A DNA stretch of 32,000 bases from contig NC_017080.1 of NCBI RefSeq assembly GCF_000284115.1, positions 2,940,001-2,972,000 of the forward strand, written 5' to 3'. The notes beneath the pieces are model-generated. The model searched no databases, had not been told where the DNA came from, and saw nothing but the letters and a program-made list of their open reading frames with translations. Below are positions 25,567 through 32,000 of this stretch, in pieces. Source of the DNA: Phycisphaera mikurensis NBRC 102666 (lineage in GTDB: Bacteria; Planctomycetota; Phycisphaerae; Phycisphaerales; Phycisphaeraceae). Each line of letters begins with the position of its first letter. Position 1 is the first letter of the stretch. The position numbers and the translations under genes are program-made.

Positions 25567-26241
25567 ATGCCCGAGCCGTCCGCGCCCGCGTCCGCACCGC
25601 CCGCCGCCGCCCTCGCCGCCGCCGCCGTGGCCACGTGCTGGGCGGCGGGCCAGCCCGCCGAGGCACAGCTCAGCACCGGCCAATCGGCCACGGTGACGCT
25701 CGACGTCGCCACACCCGTGAGCGACGTCTACCTCCTGTACGGCGACGCCAGCTCCGGTGTCCTCGACTACAGCGACGCCATCGCCCTGCCCGACGCCCCC
25801 GCCGGCCAGCTGGCGACGCAGGTGCAGCTGGTCGACGACTTCCTCAGCACGGAGTTCCAGTTCGCGGTGATCGGGGTCTACAGCGACCCCACGGCCGTCG
25901 AGCCCGAGGAGCGGTCGGGCATCAGCGTGACCTACAGCGACCGGGGCCCGCTGATCCTGGGCCTCGCGTTCGATGAGGTCTTCAGCGAGAGCGAGACCGA
26001 CCTGCTCAACGCCCTCGTGGCCGACGACACGGTCACGCTCCGCTCCTTCTTCGAGAACAACTTCGGCTCCTTCGGCTTCGGCGAGTTCGGCTTCGTGGGC
26101 GCCTCGCTGACCGGAACCGAGCTGCAGGTGAACTTCTCGCGGGCCGACGAAGCGGGCCTCGCGACCTTGACCATCCCCGAGCCCGCGTCGCTGGCGCTGC
26201 TGGGCTGCGGGGCGGCGCTGATGATGCGGCGTCGATGCTGA
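25567..26241 (+). CDS. PEP-CTERM sorting-domain secreted protein (hypothetical)
   Basis: In frame within track ORF 25285..26241. ATG at 25567 with a good SD. Signal peptide ..AAALAAAAVATCWAAGQPAEA. C-terminus IPEPASLALLGCGAALMMRRRC. Confidence 0.8.
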   Translation: MPEPSAPASAPPAAALAAAAVATCWAAGQPAEAQLSTGQSATVTLDVATPVSDVYLLYGDASSGVLDYSDAIALPDAPAGQLATQVQLVDDFLSTEFQFAVIGVYSDPTAVEPEERSGISVTYSDRGPLILGLAFDEVFSESETDLLNALVADDTVTLRSFFENNFGSFGFGEFGFVGASLTGTELQVNFSRADEAGLATLTIPEPASLALLGCGAALMMRRRC

Positions 26242-26275
26242 ACGCAGAGCCACGCCGGACCGGACCGCGGAGCGC

Positions 26276-27433
26276 ATGAACCCCTCGCCGCGGATGGACC
26301 GGCACACGCTCAGCGTGCACCTCCTCGTCCGCGACGAGGAGCAGAACCTGCCCGCGGCGATCGGCAGCGTTGCCGGCGTCGCCGACGAGGTCGTCGTCAC
26401 CGACACCGGTTCGACCGACGGCACCGCGGCCGTCGCCGCCGGGCTGGGGGCGCGGGTGGGACGCTTCGCCTGGCGCGACGACTTCGCCGCGGCGTGGAAC
26501 GCGGGCGTGGCGTCCTGCCGCGGAGACTGGGTGCTGATCCTCGACGCCGACGAGCGGCTGCTGCCCGCGGCCGCCGGTCCGCTGCGCTCCTGGCTGGCGC
26601 GGCCGGCCGCCGACGCGGCCCGCGTGCTGCGGCGGGACCTCCGCGAGGCGGGCGACCCGTCCCGCTTCACGCGCATGGCGGTGCTCCGGCTGTTCCGGCG
26701 CGAGCGAGCGGTGGCGGCGCCCTTCGTCGGCCGCTGCCACCCGCACCCCGACCCGATGCCGGCGGCCCGGCCGATCCTTCCGGGGGTGGAGCTGGAGCAC
26801 CGCGGCTACCTGCCCGCCGCCCGCCCCGCCAAGCTGGCCCGGTCGCGACGCCTGCTGGAGCTGGAGCTCACCGACCGGCCGACGGGGCCGCGCAGCCTGT
26901 ACTACCGCATCGAGCTCGCCCGCACGCTGCTGGGCTCGGGGGATCCCGCAGCGGACGCGGCCGTGCGAGAAGCCGCCGCTGGCCTCGCCCCGCACGCCGA
27001 CGCCGCGGCCGCCCCGCTGCCGCACGCGGCCCTGCTGCTGGAGGTGCTGCTGCAGTGGCCCGCCGACCGGCTGCCCCCGCCCTGGACGCCGGCGGCCGTC
27101 GCCGCCGCCGCGGACCGCTGGTTCCCCGACGCCCCGCCGCTGCTGTGGCTGCGCGCCGGGCAGGCGTTCGCCGCCGGCGACGACGCCGCGGCCGCGGCCA
27201 CGCTCGAGCGGCTGGTCGCGATGGGCCGGGACCACGGCTACGACCCGCACACCGGCTTCGATCCGGCGATCGTCGCCGAGCGGGCGGCGCTGAACCTCGC
27301 CGCCTGCCGCATCCGCCTCGGCGACCTCGCCGGTGCCCGCCGCCTGCTCGAGCCCCTCGCCGACGACCCCCGCGTGGGCGAGCAAGCCCGCACCAACCTG
27401 GGCCTGCTCGACGGGCTGCGGGCCGACCGCTGA
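26276..27433 (+). CDS. Family 2 glycosyltransferase with a helical/TPR-like C-terminal half
   Basis: 385-aa track ORF. LSVHLLVRDEEQNLPAAIGSVAGVADEVVVTDTGSTDGT and WVLILDADE are the GT-A/GT2 DxD-type motifs. The C-terminal half is Ala/Leu-rich and helical. An alternative start is the ATG at 26294. Confidence 0.8.
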   Translation: MNPSPRMDRHTLSVHLLVRDEEQNLPAAIGSVAGVADEVVVTDTGSTDGTAAVAAGLGARVGRFAWRDDFAAAWNAGVASCRGDWVLILDADERLLPAAAGPLRSWLARPAADAARVLRRDLREAGDPSRFTRMAVLRLFRRERAVAAPFVGRCHPHPDPMPAARPILPGVELEHRGYLPAARPAKLARSRRLLELELTDRPTGPRSLYYRIELARTLLGSGDPAADAAVREAAAGLAPHADAAAAPLPHAALLLEVLLQWPADRLPPPWTPAAVAAAADRWFPDAPPLLWLRAGQAFAAGDDAAAAATLERLVAMGRDHGYDPHTGFDPAIVAERAALNLAACRIRLGDLAGARRLLEPLADDPRVGEQARTNLGLLDGLRADR

Positions 27434-27567
27434 GGCAAGCGTGCCCGCGGGCCTCGGCGTGGCCCGCTCCGCCGCCGGCCGCTCCGGCGACGGCGTCGCG
27501 CCCGGTGCGTGGCGGGGCCGTGCCGCGCCCCTCGCCGCGCGGCCGGATCCGAGCGCCGCGTGCCGGC

Positions 27568-29268
27568 TCAGCTGCCGCGCCGCCGGCGGCGCGGCAGCAC
27601 GAGCAGCCCGCCGGCGGCCGCGAGAACGGCGCTGGAGGGCTCGGGGACGACGGCGGACATCACCTCGAAGCTGGCGGTGAGGCCGACGTACCCGTCGCCC
27701 CAGCCCTCGAGCCCGGCCATGCCGTAGCGGGCGAGGTACTCGGTGTCGACGCCCTCGGTGAACCCGTTGAGCAGGGCCGCACCCACGCCGCGCGCGTAGA
27801 TCGGCACCAGCTGGTTGGTGTGCTGGGTGGACTGCATGAGCATCTCGGGCTTGTTGCCGATGCCGGCGGTCTCGATGAGGTCGAAGGCCTCGGTGTCGCC
27901 GTCGGGGCCCCAGAGCATGCCCGCCTCGTGGTCGGCGAGCACCATCACCAGCGTCTCGTCGAAGTTGGGATCGTTGGCGGCCACCCAATCCAGCACGGCG
28001 TCCACGGAGTCGTTGAAGTCGACCTGCTCCTCGATCAGCCGCGTCGTGTTGTGCCCGTGGCCCGCCCAGTCCACCTGCGCGCCCTCGACCATCAGGTACA
28101 TCCCTTCCCGGTCCTGCTGGGCATCGAGCTGGTGGATCGCCGCTTTGGTCAGCGTCGCCAGCGTCGGCGTCGCCGCGTTGAAGGGGTCGCCCGCGGAGTC
28201 GTCGCCGGGGTTCACCGGCGCGGCCTGCCGCTCGGCCTTCTGCGCTTCGGTGAGCGGGAAGAACGGCGTGAAGGGCTCGTTGTCGACGACGCCGTTGCCG
28301 TCCCAGTCGTCCGTGATCGGGCGGAGGTACTGCAGCGAGTTCCGCGACTGCGCCAGGCCCAGCAGCCGGCCCTGCGTCGCGGCGGCGGGGTCGGCGGCGA
28401 GGGCCTCGAAGTCGGCCCGGTCCTCCACGAGGTCCCAGCCGCCGGCGTGGGTGCCGGCCTTGAGCTCCACATAGGTGGCGGTGCCGCCGATGTTGCGGGC
28501 GGCGGTGCTGGTCGGGTCGTTCACGTCCAGCGGCGTGAAGTTGCCGGCGTCGTCGTACTCCGGGTGGCCGGGCGTGAAGATCAGGTCCAGCGTGCCCTCG
28601 TCGAGCATCTGGTTGGCGATCTCCTGCGTGTTGCCGCGGCTCACGTTGTGGGCCCCGCCCATCGTGGCCGGCGTGGCGTGGCTGAAGTAGACGCTGCTCA
28701 CCACGCCGGTGGCGCGGTTGTTGGCGCGGGCCAGCTCCGCGATCGTCTGCCCGGTGAGCGGCGCGTCGTCGTTGGTCCAGTTGATGCCGCTGTTGAAGGT
28801 CCGCACGCCCGCGGCGATGGCCGTGCCCGCCGCGGCCGAGTCGGTGTACGTGCTCTTGAGGAAGTTGTAGCCCGCGAAGGGGCCGCCGGAGTTGCTGGCC
28901 GCTCCGGGGGCGGTCGGGCTGAGCGGGTCGGCAAAGGGCACCCGCGCGTTGTCCACCGGCTGGGCGCTCGTGTCCCACGCGGCGGCCGGGTCGTAGACCA
29001 GCGTGGGGTCCTGCCCGGCGCCGTCGGGCTCACGGTTGAAGGTGAGCGGGTGCGTCGAGGCACCCACCTTGGTCCAGCCGGCCTGCTCGTAGGGCAGCCG
29101 GCCCAGGTCGCCGTGCTGGTACATCGAGGCCGCGTTGAACTGGTTGAAGCCCGCGCCGTCGCTGATCAGCACGAACAGGTTCTTCGCCTCCTGCGCCGCG
29201 GCGGCGCTCCCGCCGGCCACGCCCACGCCCACCAGGAACACACGAAGCAGAGTCGAGGTCCGAATCAT
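27568..29268 (-). CDS. Alkaline phosphatase (PhoA family) carrying a PEP-CTERM sorting tail
   Basis: Track ORF 27568..29310. The preferred start is the ATG at 29268 (MIRTSTLLRVFLVGVGVAGGSAAAAQE signal peptide; AAGGAAAGG upstream). Active-site block YTDSAAAGTAIAAG (the D-S-A-A motif). Metal-binding regions EGAQVDWAGHGHN and LVMVLADHE. C-terminus VPEPSSAVLAAAGGLLVLPRRRRRGS. Confidence 0.85.
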   Translation of the reverse strand: MIRTSTLLRVFLVGVGVAGGSAAAAQEAKNLFVLISDGAGFNQFNAASMYQHGDLGRLPYEQAGWTKVGASTHPLTFNREPDGAGQDPTLVYDPAAAWDTSAQPVDNARVPFADPLSPTAPGAASNSGGPFAGYNFLKSTYTDSAAAGTAIAAGVRTFNSGINWTNDDAPLTGQTIAELARANNRATGVVSSVYFSHATPATMGGAHNVSRGNTQEIANQMLDEGTLDLIFTPGHPEYDDAGNFTPLDVNDPTSTAARNIGGTATYVELKAGTHAGGWDLVEDRADFEALAADPAAATQGRLLGLAQSRNSLQYLRPITDDWDGNGVVDNEPFTPFFPLTEAQKAERQAAPVNPGDDSAGDPFNAATPTLATLTKAAIHQLDAQQDREGMYLMVEGAQVDWAGHGHNTTRLIEEQVDFNDSVDAVLDWVAANDPNFDETLVMVLADHEAGMLWGPDGDTEAFDLIETAGIGNKPEMLMQSTQHTNQLVPIYARGVGAALLNGFTEGVDTEYLARYGMAGLEGWGDGYVGLTASFEVMSAVVPEPSSAVLAAAGGLLVLPRRRRRGS

Positions 29269-29477
29269 CGTCGCTACACCTTTCCTTGGAAACTCGCCGG
29301 CCGCGGGCAACGCCCACGACGAAACCGGCGACGGAAAGCTCCCGGCTCCGGGTCACCGCCGCGCGTCGATCGCGTTGCTTTCCGGTGAGCGGTTGCGTGC
29401 CGGTGCATCTCCCCCACGCGTCCCCGCGGGCGGAACCGGCGGGCGGCCTCACGCGGCGACGCCCGCCCCGGGCCACG

Positions 29478-29523
29478 CCGCGGACCGAGCCGCCGCGACG
29501 CGTTTCGGGCCCACGGTCCGCGG
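29478..29523. repeat. 46-nt hairpin element, copy C (430-bp noncoding gap between zwf and the phosphatase gene)
   Basis: CCGCGGACCG agccgccgcgacgcgtttcgggccca CGGTCCGCGG. Exact arms and a 26-nt core. Confidence 0.8.
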
Positions 29524-29698
29524 CCCGCGCGACCGCCGCAGCCCCGACGCTGCGGGCGACGGCGCACGCGCGGCGGGGGCGTCAGCCCTGCGCAGGCGCG
29601 GCTCGACACCAATTCAGATCCGGCTTCGGCTCCGGCTCCGGCCCAGACCGGCCGGGTTCGGCTCGCGGCGCGCGAGCGGCCCGCTCCGCGGAGCGTCG

Positions 29699-31228
<1,530 letters not shown>

Positions 31229-31314
31229 GGGCAGAGCCTAAGAACCCGCCGCTCCTCCAGCCGCGGGCTCCCGAATCCGGCACGACCGGGGGCCGGGTGC
31301 CACGCGGGTGCGCG

Positions 31315-31470
31315 CTAGCGGTGATCCCCGAGTTTCCTCAGGGCTCGCCGGCAGAGCCCGTGGAGCTGCCGGACGGCGAGATCGAGCTCGGTCGACAGCT
31401 CGAGCATCGATTTGCCCCCGAGGAAGCGGCCCACGAGGATCTTCCGCTCCAGCTCGGTCAGTCTTTCCAT
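31315..31470 (-). CDS. Small sigma-70 region-4-like HTH protein (51 aa; may extend to 31665)
   Basis: MERLTELERKILVGRFLGGKSMLELSTELDLAVRQLHGLCRRALRKLGDHR resembles sigma-70 region 4 / LuxR-type HTH. The 116-aa track ORF adds a Pro/Ala/Arg-rich N-terminus that contains hairpin copy F, so I prefer the internal ATG at 31470. The start is unresolved. Confidence 0.5.
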   Translation of the reverse strand: MERLTELERKILVGRFLGGKSMLELSTELDLAVRQLHGLCRRALRKLGDHR

Positions 31471-31568
31471 GACGGGGTCCGGGTGCTCTGGCGTGATGGA
31501 TGCGGGACAAGGAGAGGAGGATCCAACGCCAGCCGGTGCGTTGGGCCGCGTCGGCGGGCCGACGGGAT

Positions 31569-31614
31569 TCGCGGATCGGCGGCGTTTCGGGCCGTTCCGC
31601 CCAGCGGTCCGCGG
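31569..31614. repeat. 46-nt hairpin element, copy F (degenerate left arm)
   Basis: TCGCGGATCG gcggcgtttcgggccgttccgcccag CGGTCCGCGG. Same 46-nt length and 26-nt core. The two left-arm changes are C-to-T, which still pair as G.U on a plus-strand RNA. The core shares GCGTTTCGGGCC with copy C and CCGTTCC(C)GCC with copies B and E. Confidence 0.7.
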
Positions 31615-31734
31615 CGGTGTGGCGGCCGGCTCGAGAGCAGCGGGCCGCTCGTTCGCGGGAGACACGGAGGCACGAGAGGATACCTCGAAAGAGGCGGCCG
31701 GAGCGGGGCGGAGCGGCAGGTCGCCCGTGGCCGC

Positions 31735-32000
31735 GAGAGCGGAGCGGCGACGCCGCTCTGTCTGCTTGTGCGCGAGGGAGCTGGATCGCGGCTCGGACAG
31801 CGTGGCGTCGCCACGCAGCTACCGCGGCCAGGCTGGCTTCGAGAGCTGAGCGGCGACGCCGCTCTGTCTGCTTGTGCGCGAAGGAGCTGGATCGCGACTC
31901 GGACAGCGTGGCGTCGCCACGCAGCTAGCGCGGCCAGGCTGGCGGCGAGAGCGGAGCGGCGACGCCGCTCTGTCTGCTTGTGCGCGAAGAAGCTGGATCG
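31735..32000. repeat. Tandem array of a structured 106-nt unit (2.5 units visible; continues past the right edge)
   Basis: Unit starts are at 31735, 31841 and 31947, each beginning gagagc. U1 and U2 match at 100 of 106 positions. A degenerate partial unit lies at about 31700-31734. Each unit holds a 17-bp imperfect stem GGCGACGCCGCTCTGTC / GACAGCGTGGCGTCGCC around a 33-nt loop with an inner CGCGA/TCGCG stem. Confidence 0.9.

Noticed and set aside
31315-31665. Full 116-aa version of the HTH ORF
   Set aside because: The extra 65 residues are Pro/Ala/Arg/Gly-rich with no motif and contain hairpin copy F. I prefer the internal ATG at 31470 but cannot exclude the long form.
31735-32000. CRISPR array interpretation of the right-edge repeats
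   Set aside because: The entire 106-nt period is conserved (100 of 106 positions between units 1 and 2), so there are no variable spacers. No cas genes are in view.

Overview
High-GC (about 70% or more by eye) bacterial chromosomal window. PEP-CTERM sorting tails, a prepilin-type N-terminus on a protein with an H-X9-DG-like C-terminus, and many secreted hypotheticals suggest a Planctomycetota/Phycisphaerae-like (PVC) organism; this is inference only. I can support 26 protein-coding genes. Left to right: metX (partial); a lipoprotein; a Fe(3+)-type ABC importer (SBP, fused permease, ATPase); two tandem PEP-CTERM paralogs; a prepilin-like protein coupled to a tandem double beta-lactamase/PBP-like membrane protein; a secreted acetolactate-decarboxylase-like protein; a YcfL-like/LpoB-like lipoprotein pair; a PPP-type metallophosphoesterase divergent from an ECF sigma, putative anti-sigma and coiled-coil periplasmic protein; a three-gene envelope operon (CsgG/TolB-N-like protein, 1545-aa membrane-anchored ankyrin giant, PDZ protein); pgl; a PEP-CTERM protein; a GT2 glycosyltransferase; a PEP-CTERM-tagged alkaline phosphatase; zwf; and a small sigma-70 region-4-like HTH protein. 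I recognised no rRNA, tRNA, CRISPR array, transposase or known defence system. Most long ORFs in the supplied track are Arg/Pro/Gly/Ala-rich shadow frames of these genes. The most interesting signals are at nucleotide level. (1) A 46-nt hairpin element with invariant arms CCGCGGACCG-N26-CGGTCCGCGG occurs six times; two copies lie inside CDSs in different reading frames. (2) A structured 106-nt tandem repeat array runs off the right edge. (3) An octanucleotide microsatellite sits between two genes of the envelope operon. At gene level, the ankyrin/CsgG-like/PDZ operon, the double beta-lactamase fusion and the zwf...pgl pair split by a PEP-CTERM/GT/phosphatase block deserve follow-up. All coordinates and motifs were read by eye. 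No searches or statistics were run.
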